From assembly GCA_944353935.1 (NCBI GenBank), contig CALVPV010000001.1:1-52065 (forward strand): a stretch of DNA of 52,065 nt. Direction: 5' to 3'. The notes under the pieces are model-generated. The model ran no database searches. It was not told the DNA's origin and saw nothing but the letters and a program-made list of their open reading frames with translations. A program made the translations under genes and the position numbers. Positions within the stretch are counted from its first letter, which is position 1. Each line of letters begins with the position of its first letter. The stretch is from an uncultured Clostridia bacterium. GTDB lineage: Bacteria > Bacillota > Clostridia > Christensenellales > Borkfalkiaceae. Of the stretch, positions 17,442 through 26,533 are shown one piece after another.

Positions 17442-18422
17442 TCAACCGAAAAATATTTGCGAACATACAAGGCGATAGGCGCTGTCCTGGGTGAGTTCCC
17501 CGCACTTTACGGAGGCTATTGCCGAATAGATTGCCGAACAGAGCCGTTCGGTGCGCGCGACCCCCAGCCTTTTTGCCTGCTCCCTGCTGCGCTTTACCAC
17601 GAACTCCTTCATCCCGAGCAGCTTAGAAAGCTCGGCATCGCTCAGGCGGGAATTTGCCGCCGTTGAAAGATTCCTGAAATAGGACAGCATGCTGTTCATG
17701 ACGGACATGCCGTCCATCCCGCGGGAGATAAGTTCGTCGGCGATCTCGTAAAACCTTGAATGATTGCCTGCGGCAACAGCGTTAGTCATTTCATATATGC
17801 GGTAGTCGGAATCCTTATAGACGAGCTCATCTGCCTCCTGCACGGTGAGCGTGCCGCACCCGCCCTTGTACTCTATTATCTTTTGCGTCTCTATGGACAC
17901 GCGCGACATATCGCACAGGCAGTAGCGCGCGATGTTCATGCACACTTCCGCATCGGCGGCGACGCCCGATCGCTTGAGCGTAAGGTATATCCAGCGGGTG
18001 ACCTCTTCCTCATCCGCCTTTCCGCAATCGACATAGCAGATCCCCGCCTTGCGCCTTAGATCCGCCGCGCCTTTTTTTGCCTGAGCGTTCACGATGACGA
18101 GCACGGCGGTTTCCGGGAAAGCGGAAAAAAACGGCTTTAAGTATTTTTCGTAATCCTGTTCGGTCGGATAAAAGCCCGTGACCTTGACGACACGCTTTTC
18201 CGCCATGAACGGGAAGGCTGAGAGCGCGTCCGTGAGGCGGGATATAGCCCCGCCTTTGAGCGTCTCCCCGTCAAAGGATGTAAAATTGAGCTCGGGCATC
18301 TGCAGGTAGGCGTTTTTTATCATCTTTTCCGCATTGTGCAAAAAGTAGGCGTCCTCGCCCTGCAAAAGGAATATGCCCCCTCCGCCCTGCGCTATGAAAT
18401 TTTTAAGTTCGGTAAACTTCAT
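17442..18422 (-). CDS. holA: DNA polymerase III delta subunit
   Basis: I prefer the ATG at 18422 (AGAGGGG SD), giving MKFTELKNFIAQGGGGIFLLQGEDAYFL. It directly follows comEC, as in the Firmicutes comE-holA arrangement. Confidence 0.75.
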   Translation of the reverse strand: MKFTELKNFIAQGGGGIFLLQGEDAYFLHNAEKMIKNAYLQMPELNFTSFDGETLKGGAISRLTDALSAFPFMAEKRVVKVTGFYPTEQDYEKYLKPFFSAFPETAVLVIVNAQAKKGAADLRRKAGICYVDCGKADEEEVTRWIYLTLKRSGVAADAEVCMNIARYCLCDMSRVSIETQKIIEYKGGCGTLTVQEADELVYKDSDYRIYEMTNAVAAGNHSRFYEIADELISRGMDGMSVMNSMLSYFRNLSTAANSRLSDAELSKLLGMKEFVVKRSREQAKRLGVARTERLCSAIYSAIASVKCGELTQDSAYRLVCSQIFFG

Positions 18423-18453
18423 AAATGCCCCTCTTGCAAGCGTCAAATAAAAA

Positions 18454-20565
18454 TCAAGCCGGCACGAGCACGCCCTTGCGGCGAGTGTTGCCCGATGAAA
18501 ATATTTTACCATCTTCGGCGATAAATTGCAAGTCGCCGCAGTCGTATAAGTTATAGCCGAAGACGCTTTCTTCAAAATAGACGCATGTGCCGAACGACGC
18601 GCCGCCTGCGGTCGATGCCGCAAACAGAAGGTCGCAGCTTTCTATGCCAACCTCTTCGCCGCAACTTATGCCTATACTTATGCCGGCAGCGTTAACGAGC
18701 ACGTCATACCCGTCGATATATGTAAAGTCCATGCCTGCGACCGTGAACTGCTTTTCATAGTGCAGCGTCCTGCCGGGATAGGGCTGGATGGCATAATTTG
18801 CAAAATATACATACACTTCGCCGCAGTCCACGCCGGAGCGTATGCAGGCGGAGGCACTTTCGTCGCCGCCGAGTATGACGAGCGAGTCCGGCTCCGTTCC
18901 GCAAGCAGAGAGCATGGAAGAAATGTCGTATGAGGACGGCTCTTCCGAAATGACGAGCACGCTGCCCTGCGGCGAGGATATGAGCACGGCATAACTGCCG
19001 CCGTAATACGACGACGCGGTTATCCTGACGCCGCCGGCGGGGACATAGTTTTTAAATGCCATTCCCGCGGCTATGACGGCAGCGAGCACCGCCACGGCGA
19101 GCAGCCTGAACCTGACGCGCATGTTCACGTGGCCGGACAGGATGTACGCCGCAAAAAAGTACGGCAGGGCGAACACTCCGAAGTCGAACCCGCTTATCAA
19201 TGCACGCTCTGCATGGGCAACGACTATGAAGGATGTGACGGCCTCCAAGGGCACGGCAAACACCGCAAAGAGCACAGACGCTGCGGGGCTTACGATAAAT
19301 GCCACAAGCGTGACGGCAAACTGTATGGTGAATATGCCAGACAAGAGAGGCACAAAGACTATATTGAGCACGAGCGAAGCCCAGCTGACATAGCCGAAAC
19401 AGGATATAAGTATGGGAAAGGTGGCTATCTGGGAAGAGATAGTCATTGCGGCGGCAGACGCTATGGAGCGCGGCACCTTTATTTTTTGCAGCGCCCGCGT
19501 GATGTTCTTACAGAACAGCGCTATGCCCGCCACCGCCGCCACTGAGAGCTGAAAACCGACCGATATCACATTCAACGGATTGACGAGCAGGACGGCGACA
19601 AAGGAGAGCCCGAGGGAAGAGAGCATATCGTACTTTCCCGCAGAGAGTTTGACCGCTTCGGCGACGGCACACATTATGGCAGCGCGCACAGCCGAAAGGG
19701 TAAAACCGCATATCCCCGTATAGAAGAACACGAGCGCGACGCTTAAAAGCGCCACGGGGATGCGCCCGAGCCGCAGCTTTTTAAGGATGAAACTGACAAA
19801 GCCGTACACGAGCACAATGTGCATGCCGGACACGGCAAAGACGTGCGCCACGCCGCCGTAGCGGAATGTGTCCATCGTGGACGTCTCTATATACTCTATA
19901 TTGCCCGTGAACATGGCATAGGCTATCGCGGCCGTATCCCGGGGCAAATTTTCATAATACAGCGAGCGTACCGCCGAATTTATAGACCCGAACAGCGAAA
20001 AGCCGTATTCGGAAGACAGCTTGCCGGAGGGATACGCCATATAGCGGACATCCTCCAAAAGGCGGGAAGAATTTCCGCCGCCGTAGGCGAACGGCACGTC
20101 TGTATAGACCGTGCAATCAAACGAAACGTTGTACCCGACGTCGCAGAATTGCCCGTAATTTTCGTCCAGATAGACGATCATCGACCCTTCTACCCGCTCA
20201 CCTTCGGCGATTATATCGTCTATCTTTATATACTCCCCGCTCTGCGTGAACGATTTTTCCGTAACGACACCACCGACCGAATAAGAGGCGCCGTCCGTGA
20301 GCGACGTTGCGGAATGCTGCTCCAGTTTGAAATACACCCCGAGCGCCCCGTAGGCAAAGAGCGCCGCGCCGAGCACGGAAAAGACGATGCCGGCGACGTT
20401 GTGCCTTATTATAAAAAATATCATGGCTGCCGCCGCTGCGGGGACTATGGCGATCAGCCACCAATAGGGGAAGCTGTTATACGCCGAAAGGTAAGAAAAA
20501 CCTGCGCCCGCACCTATCGCAAACGCAAGCACGACCGCAGGACGGATATTGACCGGCTTTTTCAT
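18454..20565 (-). CDS. comEC: DNA internalisation competence protein ComEC/Rec2
   Basis: About 10 TM segments, the competence-domain motif GGVAHVFAVSGMHIVLV, and a C-terminal beta-lactamase-like part. The start is uncertain (ATG at 20565 or TTG at 20574). Confidence 0.85.
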   Translation of the reverse strand: MKKPVNIRPAVVLAFAIGAGAGFSYLSAYNSFPYWWLIAIVPAAAAAMIFFIIRHNVAGIVFSVLGAALFAYGALGVYFKLEQHSATSLTDGASYSVGGVVTEKSFTQSGEYIKIDDIIAEGERVEGSMIVYLDENYGQFCDVGYNVSFDCTVYTDVPFAYGGGNSSRLLEDVRYMAYPSGKLSSEYGFSLFGSINSAVRSLYYENLPRDTAAIAYAMFTGNIEYIETSTMDTFRYGGVAHVFAVSGMHIVLVYGFVSFILKKLRLGRIPVALLSVALVFFYTGICGFTLSAVRAAIMCAVAEAVKLSAGKYDMLSSLGLSFVAVLLVNPLNVISVGFQLSVAAVAGIALFCKNITRALQKIKVPRSIASAAAMTISSQIATFPILISCFGYVSWASLVLNIVFVPLLSGIFTIQFAVTLVAFIVSPAASVLFAVFAVPLEAVTSFIVVAHAERALISGFDFGVFALPYFFAAYILSGHVNMRVRFRLLAVAVLAAVIAAGMAFKNYVPAGGVRITASSYYGGSYAVLISSPQGSVLVISEEPSSYDISSMLSACGTEPDSLVILGGDESASACIRSGVDCGEVYVYFANYAIQPYPGRTLHYEKQFTVAGMDFTYIDGYDVLVNAAGISIGISCGEEVGIESCDLLFAASTAGGASFGTCVYFEESVFGYNLYDCGDLQFIAEDGKIFSSGNTRRKGVLVPA

Positions 20566-20634
20566 CTGCAGCAAAATATCCGACGGGCCGGGGCGGCATA
20601 CGCCGTACCCCGGCCGCGGAAGACCTTTGTATTT

Positions 20635-23600
20635 TTATGTCAAAGAAATTTTATCCGATATGCTGCGCACGAAGATGCCCTTCGACGCGCCGTAGTCTAT
20701 GCACAAATTGATGTACGAAGCAAACCTGTCGGACAGCCGAGGCACCTTCAATTCACGCTGCACCGCCACTACGAGCTCATCGGAATACATGCTCACCTTG
20801 TTTAAAAGTATGCTCTTTACGAGCGATATTATATCGTACGGCGAATAGTCCGATTCCGAAGTGCGCAGCTGCACCCCGTCTTCCACGCGGTAACGGTCGA
20901 ACGACGAAAATTTATCCGAACGGAATATACTGCGCACGCCGGCGATATCCGCAGACTGATAGCCGCATCCCTGTATCAGGGAATTTATCTTTGCGTCCAG
21001 CTTTACGCCGTGCTTTGTAAGCCCGAAGGCAGCGAGCACCCGCTTTAAAAGGAACTGCGCGGATATCGGCTCTTCCGCGGAGACGACCGCCTTTATCACC
21101 TTAATTATCTCCGCGTCGTGTTCGCCCGAAAGTATATACTGGGCATCGACAGCCTTTTCGGCAAATTTTGCCGCCTTGTACGGCTTTTTAAAGCCGGTAG
21201 CCACCGCCTTGCCGCCCGAACACAGCTTGTCGAGGTATTCCTTTATCTTTTTTATCTCCCTTTTGGGATTATTGAAAAAGTTTATGGAATACAGCCTTAT
21301 GACGTTCCAGTTGTTGCGCCTTAAAGTCTGCACCTGCATCACCGTGCGGTCTTTTACGGAGAAATGGCTTTCACCGTCGCATAAAATAGCGAGTATAAAG
21401 TTGTGCTTGTTCTTCGGATCCACGACGGCGACGTCTATCTTAAAGTCGGATACGCCCACGTCGCAGCGGCAGTCATAGCCATAGTTTGACAGTTCCTCCG
21501 CCACGTACTTGCCTATGCCCGTCTTGTTTATTATCATTTCGTCGCTCTTGACGGCGATGCTCGTGCGGCCCTTTTCGGCAAATTCCAAAAAGGCTTTGAG
21601 CCCCGCCACGCCGCGGGAATTGGTGCGCGAAAGATCTATCATGGAATAGCGCATAGAAGAGAAGATCATCATCTCTTCCCTTGCGCGCGACACTGCCACG
21701 TTGAGCCTGCGCCATCCGCCGTACTGATTGAGCGGGCCGAAGTTCAAAGAGACCTTTCCCATCCTATCCGGACCGTAGCAGACGGAGAACAGTATGACGT
21801 CCCTTTCATCGCCCTGAACGTTTTCAAGGTTCTTGACGAACAGCGGCTCGTCACGCTCGTATGCCGCCTCTTCGAGCCCCTTTTCCTGTATGGCCTTAGT
21901 GAGCAGTTTTTCTATATAGTTCTGCTGAGGGGTGGAGAAAGTGACGATGCCCATGCTGGAGCGGCGCAATTTTTCGTCCCTGAGCCTTCTTATCACCTCT
22001 TCAACGAGCGCCTCCGCCTCCTGTTTATTGCACTTGGTGAATCCCCTGTCGTACACGCCGTCCTTTATATAGACCATCTTTACCTTGCTGTCGAGCGCGT
22101 CCGGCGAAGGGAACGTACAGAGCTTGCCCGAATAGTACATTATGTTGGAGAAGGCGATGAGGCTTTCGTGCTTGCTCCTGTAATGCCACAAGAGGTGCAT
22201 CTGGGGCATACCGAGCGACAGGCAGTCGTCCAGCACGCTGTCCAGATCTTCCGCCTCCATCTCCTCTTCATCCTGCCCGAGCGCCATGAAGAACGTCGTG
22301 GGCGACAGCTGCTTGGGGTCGCCGACTATGACGGCGCTCTTTGCCCTTGCAAGCGAGGGAACGGCTTCGCAGGTGGGCATCTGAGATGCCTCGTCGAATA
22401 TGACGATATCAAAGAGGTCGGGTTCGGAGGCAAGGTACTGCGAAACGGTGAACGGGCTCATGAGCATGCACGGCGCGACAGTTTTGAGCAGCTGAGGAGT
22501 CTCCGCGAACAGCGACCTTAAATTGAGGCGCTTTACGTTGCCGCTCGTCTGGCGGCGGAACGCCATCAGTTCGAGCGCGAGCGGGCCCTCGGTCTCCTGC
22601 GAGGGAAGGCGGGCGATCAGGTCGTGGCGTATCTTTGCCTTTGTGGCGGCGGCAAATTCTTCCGTGAGCATGGCAAACTTTGCCGCGCTTTCGTCAAGCA
22701 GGCTTGCCGAAAATTTAGACAGCTCCTCGTCTGCGGGGATGTTCGTCTGCACAAAGTTGCGGAAGACGTTTTTGCGGAAAGAGGACAGTATCTGCTCCCC
22801 GCTTATTTTCCCGCTCTCCATTGCGTCCGTTATAAACGTCAGCCCCATGGAGTTGAGTTCCTTTGCCGTGTTTTTATATGAACACCAGCCCGCGAGCATG
22901 TCTATGTTGTCTATGAGCGCGCCGCACTTGGAGGAATAGTATTCGAATATATCTTCGTCCGTGCCGAAGGACTTGTCGGCTTCGGTCACCTCGTTGAAAT
23001 ACTCCTTTGCGGAGATGAACGCGCGCGCCGCGGCTATAACGCCGTTGAGGAGAGGCTTGGCATAGCCGCCCGTTATATGGTTGCACACGCTGTTGAACGC
23101 GTCCGCGTTATAGTCCATAAAGACCTGCGAACACAGCGTATGAAGGTCGTTGAGCGGCTTTAAAAAGAGTTCCCTCTTTTTATCGTTTATGCCGCCGAAG
23201 CCCATAAAGTTCTGCGAAAGTGCGGTATTGTTTACTATCCTCTCCCTCGCCTGCCACAGCTCGTACGCGCGTTTTACCCATTCGAGCTCCTCCTTTTCCG
23301 GTATGTGCGCCTTTGCGCACTTGTTCAGGCGCTTTATTACGGCGAGCACCACGCGGGAAGAACGGTAATTTTCGCCCCAATTTTCGAGCTCGCTTTCAAG
23401 GTCGGGGGCAAATTTATCTATATCGGGCAGCGAATTGAACCTTGTGAACCACAGTTTGGATACGTTGTCGTACATGACGTTGGCATTGTAGAACTTGTAG
23501 AACTGCCCCTCGTCGCATGTGAAAAAGGTGTCCAGGGCGCCGTCGCGCAATGTAGTGGCGATCCTTATGAAGCCTTCGAGCTTGCGGGCGGTAAAAGTGC

Positions 23601-26262
23601 TTATCTTTTGATTGAACGTATCCAAAAAGAGCCCGAGGTAATTTTTAAGGTGTTTGAGCTCGGCAAGCACCACCTCCGCGGCGCACAGCACGGCGTTTTT
23701 GACTTCGTCCGTGCACTCGGTGAGGTTGACGTTTTCAAAGGGCGAACGGTACACGCCGCCGCATTCCTTTGCCGCTATCTGCGCCTTTACGAGCATCTTT
23801 TCACAATTTTCCAGCCTCTCCTTTGTAAGGCTGTCGTAAAAGGTGCTCTCTATATTGACGAGCTCGGGAGCATTCTTGTTTTGCAGGTAGTACAATATGC
23901 CCTCGTACACGGACACGCCCAGCCTGCGCCTTTTGTGCAGCGCATTGTACGGCCTTGCGAGCGCGTCGCGCGTTTCGGCTATCTCTTTCCCCTCGCGGAG
24001 GAAAGCCTCTTCGGTATTTTCGTCCTTTAAAGACAGAGTGTTTTCTATATCCTTTATGACCGCGGCCTTATCCGCCGACTTGCCTGAGGAGAACTCCATG
24101 CAGAATTCGCCTATGCCTATCTCGTTCAGTCGCTTTTTTACCACGGAGAGGGCGGCCTGTTTTTCCGCGACGAAGAGCACGCGCTTGCCTGCGTCCACGG
24201 CGTTGGCTATCATGTTGGTTATCGTCTGGCTCTTGCCCGTTCCGGGAGGGCCGTGAAGCACGAACGTCGTCCCCTTGGCGGATTCGGCTATCGCGGAAAA
24301 CTGAGAGCTGTCCGAAGGAAGGGGCACGAGCACGTCGCAGGGGTCTATGTTATCTTCTGCTTCGCCCGCAAGTTTATTTTCGGGCAGTTTGTTGGAATTG
24401 GAAAGAAGGCTGGCTATGAGCGGATTGTTTTTATAGCGCGAGATGTTGTTTTTTACGTCGCTCCACATGGCGTAGCGGGCAAAAGTAAACTGTGCGCAGT
24501 ATACGTCTTCCGTGACTTCCCACCCTTTGAGATCGGCCGTCTTTGCGCGGAAGAGCGCGAGCATCTCCGCAACGGAGAGCCCTTTGCCCTCCATCCCGCG
24601 TATATCTATGCCGAATTCCTGCTTTAAAAATTCAAGCAGCGTGGTGTTTACGGTGACGTCTTCACCCTTTTCCATGGTGACGCCCTGCTGTTTGGTGCGG
24701 CGCAGCCTTATAGGCATGAGCGCTATGGGCGCATACTTGAATTCGCGCTCGTCGTCGTGTTTCCACTTCAAAAACCCGAGCGTAAGGCAGAGCGTGTTCG
24801 CGCCCACCTCCTCTTCCGCGGTACGCGCCTTTCTTATGAGCGAAGACGAATTTTCCGAAAGGGCGGACGCGCCCTCATAGGAACGGAGGATGCCGGAGGA
24901 CATCTCTATGTCGATCAGCTCTTTGAGCGCGCGCACGCCCGGGCTGCCGCCGAAATATGCGGCGTCCTTTATAGGCGTGAGGTTGGGCAGTATACTGAAT
25001 TTATCGCCGCTCTCCAGCCCGCCCGCAAAGGACGCGAGGTCGGCGGTGACCAGATGTATGCAGTCGTGCCTGTACCTGAAATTTAAAAGATTGTTCTTTA
25101 AAGAGAGATCCAGCAGGCGGCGCTGCCAGGTCTTTTCCTTGGAGGCTCCCTTTTCAAGAGAATATTTTGCGGCGTCTATGATCTCGCCCGGCTTTTGGTC
25201 GTAGGAGAACTGCGCCTCGCCCAAAAGCTCGTACCTGCCGCCCTGCTTTACCTTTATGGGTATGGAATACACTCCGCCGATGCGGCAGCGCTTTATATCC
25301 ACGCAAATTTCGTATTCGCCGCGCCTCAACGCGGAAGAAAAGTGAGATTCGCTCGTCGTAAAGCTGGCGTTTTTATGAGAGAACAGATCGGCAACGTCAA
25401 ACAGTGCAAGGTTGTTGACGCCGTCCTGTACGTATTTTTCTATGACGGACATATCGTCCTGCGTGGTCACGGTAAAGCAGCTTTCATACAGCCATACGCC
25501 CGCGGCGACGCGCTCCCTGCCTATGACTATGACGGGATTGAGCTTTGCCGCTTCCAGGCAGGAGGCGTACAGGAGAGCCATTTCCAGCGGGGTGGCGGCT
25601 TTGGAAGATATGACCTTTGTTATGCCGCCGGCGCTGACGGGGCTGTCGAGCGGGGGCTGAGCGACAGCCTCCACGTTCTGATTGCGCAATGCAGCGTATA
25701 TGGCTGCGGCCGCACCGCGCACCGCGTTGCGGTCATTGCCCGAATACCCGCTCCATTCCGAAGAAAAGCCCCACGTTTTAAGCTGCAGGCCGGCTTCGGC
25801 AAGTATCTTTTGGCAATCGGCTATCCTGGGGCGAACCAAAGAAGCGAGCATCTCCACATTGCCGGAGAGCCCGCCCCAGAAATCTATGGGGAGGCAGGTG
25901 ACGCTTGCGGAAAGTTCGCACACCTTTACCTTGCCGGAAGTGACGGCAATGTTTACGGTGCAGTTTTCCGGCTCTTCAAGTTCGGCAAGATACTTGGGAT
26001 TTAGTATCTTATCTACGGTGACCTCTACGCTGCTCTCCGGCGGGATGGCGGAAATTTCTGCCGTTTTGGGCAATATAAGTTCCGTGCTGCCGCTGACGGA
26101 CACGGTGAGCGACTCTGCGGCGCTCTCCCCCCTGTTGTACAGCCTGAACGCCGTGAACAGCGGCATGCGGCAATAATAGGTCGCGTAGCTGACCGTATCG
26201 AGAAGTTCGCCTTCGAGCTCAATGGTCTCGGCGAGTTGTTTTGATTTTTTATTCGTTGCCAT
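20635..26262 (-). CDS. Giant SF1 (Upf1/DNA2-like) helicase with a DUF4011-like region, a Vsr/DUF559-like endonuclease fold and a DUF3320-like tail (Hhe-like)
   Basis: 1,875 aa. Helicase and flanking motifs: WQRRLLDLSLKNNLLNF, GANTLCLTLGFLKWK, GPPGTGKSQT (aa 671-680), VIFDEASQM (1287-1295), VIVGDPKQLSPT, WHYRSKHESLIAFSN, NVQGDERDVILFS and NVAVSRAREE. The endonuclease-like region reads DFKIDVAVVDP..ILAILCDGESHF, and the tail reads EPISAQFLLKRVLAAFGL. Confidence 0.85.
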   Translation of the reverse strand: MATNKKSKQLAETIELEGELLDTVSYATYYCRMPLFTAFRLYNRGESAAESLTVSVSGSTELILPKTAEISAIPPESSVEVTVDKILNPKYLAELEEPENCTVNIAVTSGKVKVCELSASVTCLPIDFWGGLSGNVEMLASLVRPRIADCQKILAEAGLQLKTWGFSSEWSGYSGNDRNAVRGAAAAIYAALRNQNVEAVAQPPLDSPVSAGGITKVISSKAATPLEMALLYASCLEAAKLNPVIVIGRERVAAGVWLYESCFTVTTQDDMSVIEKYVQDGVNNLALFDVADLFSHKNASFTTSESHFSSALRRGEYEICVDIKRCRIGGVYSIPIKVKQGGRYELLGEAQFSYDQKPGEIIDAAKYSLEKGASKEKTWQRRLLDLSLKNNLLNFRYRHDCIHLVTADLASFAGGLESGDKFSILPNLTPIKDAAYFGGSPGVRALKELIDIEMSSGILRSYEGASALSENSSSLIRKARTAEEEVGANTLCLTLGFLKWKHDDEREFKYAPIALMPIRLRRTKQQGVTMEKGEDVTVNTTLLEFLKQEFGIDIRGMEGKGLSVAEMLALFRAKTADLKGWEVTEDVYCAQFTFARYAMWSDVKNNISRYKNNPLIASLLSNSNKLPENKLAGEAEDNIDPCDVLVPLPSDSSQFSAIAESAKGTTFVLHGPPGTGKSQTITNMIANAVDAGKRVLFVAEKQAALSVVKKRLNEIGIGEFCMEFSSGKSADKAAVIKDIENTLSLKDENTEEAFLREGKEIAETRDALARPYNALHKRRRLGVSVYEGILYYLQNKNAPELVNIESTFYDSLTKERLENCEKMLVKAQIAAKECGGVYRSPFENVNLTECTDEVKNAVLCAAEVVLAELKHLKNYLGLFLDTFNQKISTFTARKLEGFIRIATTLRDGALDTFFTCDEGQFYKFYNANVMYDNVSKLWFTRFNSLPDIDKFAPDLESELENWGENYRSSRVVLAVIKRLNKCAKAHIPEKEELEWVKRAYELWQARERIVNNTALSQNFMGFGGINDKKRELFLKPLNDLHTLCSQVFMDYNADAFNSVCNHITGGYAKPLLNGVIAAARAFISAKEYFNEVTEADKSFGTDEDIFEYYSSKCGALIDNIDMLAGWCSYKNTAKELNSMGLTFITDAMESGKISGEQILSSFRKNVFRNFVQTNIPADEELSKFSASLLDESAAKFAMLTEEFAAATKAKIRHDLIARLPSQETEGPLALELMAFRRQTSGNVKRLNLRSLFAETPQLLKTVAPCMLMSPFTVSQYLASEPDLFDIVIFDEASQMPTCEAVPSLARAKSAVIVGDPKQLSPTTFFMALGQDEEEMEAEDLDSVLDDCLSLGMPQMHLLWHYRSKHESLIAFSNIMYYSGKLCTFPSPDALDSKVKMVYIKDGVYDRGFTKCNKQEAEALVEEVIRRLRDEKLRRSSMGIVTFSTPQQNYIEKLLTKAIQEKGLEEAAYERDEPLFVKNLENVQGDERDVILFSVCYGPDRMGKVSLNFGPLNQYGGWRRLNVAVSRAREEMMIFSSMRYSMIDLSRTNSRGVAGLKAFLEFAEKGRTSIAVKSDEMIINKTGIGKYVAEELSNYGYDCRCDVGVSDFKIDVAVVDPKNKHNFILAILCDGESHFSVKDRTVMQVQTLRRNNWNVIRLYSINFFNNPKREIKKIKEYLDKLCSGGKAVATGFKKPYKAAKFAEKAVDAQYILSGEHDAEIIKVIKAVVSAEEPISAQFLLKRVLAAFGLTKHGVKLDAKINSLIQGCGYQSADIAGVRSIFRSDKFSSFDRYRVEDGVQLRTSESDYSPYDIISLVKSILLNKVSMYSDELVVAVQRELKVPRLSDRFASYINLCIDYGASKGIFVRSISDKISLT

Positions 26263-26293
26263 AACTTTCCTTTATTACCTCTTTTACCATTCC

Positions 26294-26323
26294 ATTATAC
26301 ACCATATATCGGCGTCACCGCAA
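26294..26323 (-). promoter_or_regulatory. Predicted own promoter of the giant helicase gene
   Basis: Minus strand reads TTGCGG-18 nt-TATAAT, about 30 nt upstream of the ATG at 26262. Confidence 0.4.
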
Positions 26324-26467
26324 GGGAAAAACAAAAAAAATCGCCGTCGGAAAAAAATTAACTTTTTTGCCGTTTTTTATTTTTTTATCGAATTATTTTT
26401 TCTTAGCCCGCCCGATATGCTCCGCCCACACGGCAAAACACGGCAAATTATTGCCCGGGCGTGCAAA

Positions 26468-26498
26468 TTAAAAACGCCGCCCGCGGCGGCATTTTTAA
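26468..26498. terminator. Intrinsic terminator after helD
   Basis: AAAAACGCCGCCCGCGGCGGCATTTTT, a perfect GC stem with an A-run on one side and a T-run on the other. Confidence 0.7.
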
Positions 26499-26533
26499 AC
26501 GAAAATTCAAAATTATTTTGATCCGATAAAATA

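Noticed and set aside
26263-26533. Possibility that helD and the giant helicase form one operon
   Set aside because: A perfect terminator (26468-26498) and a separate promoter lie between them, so I treat them as separate units, although read-through cannot be excluded.
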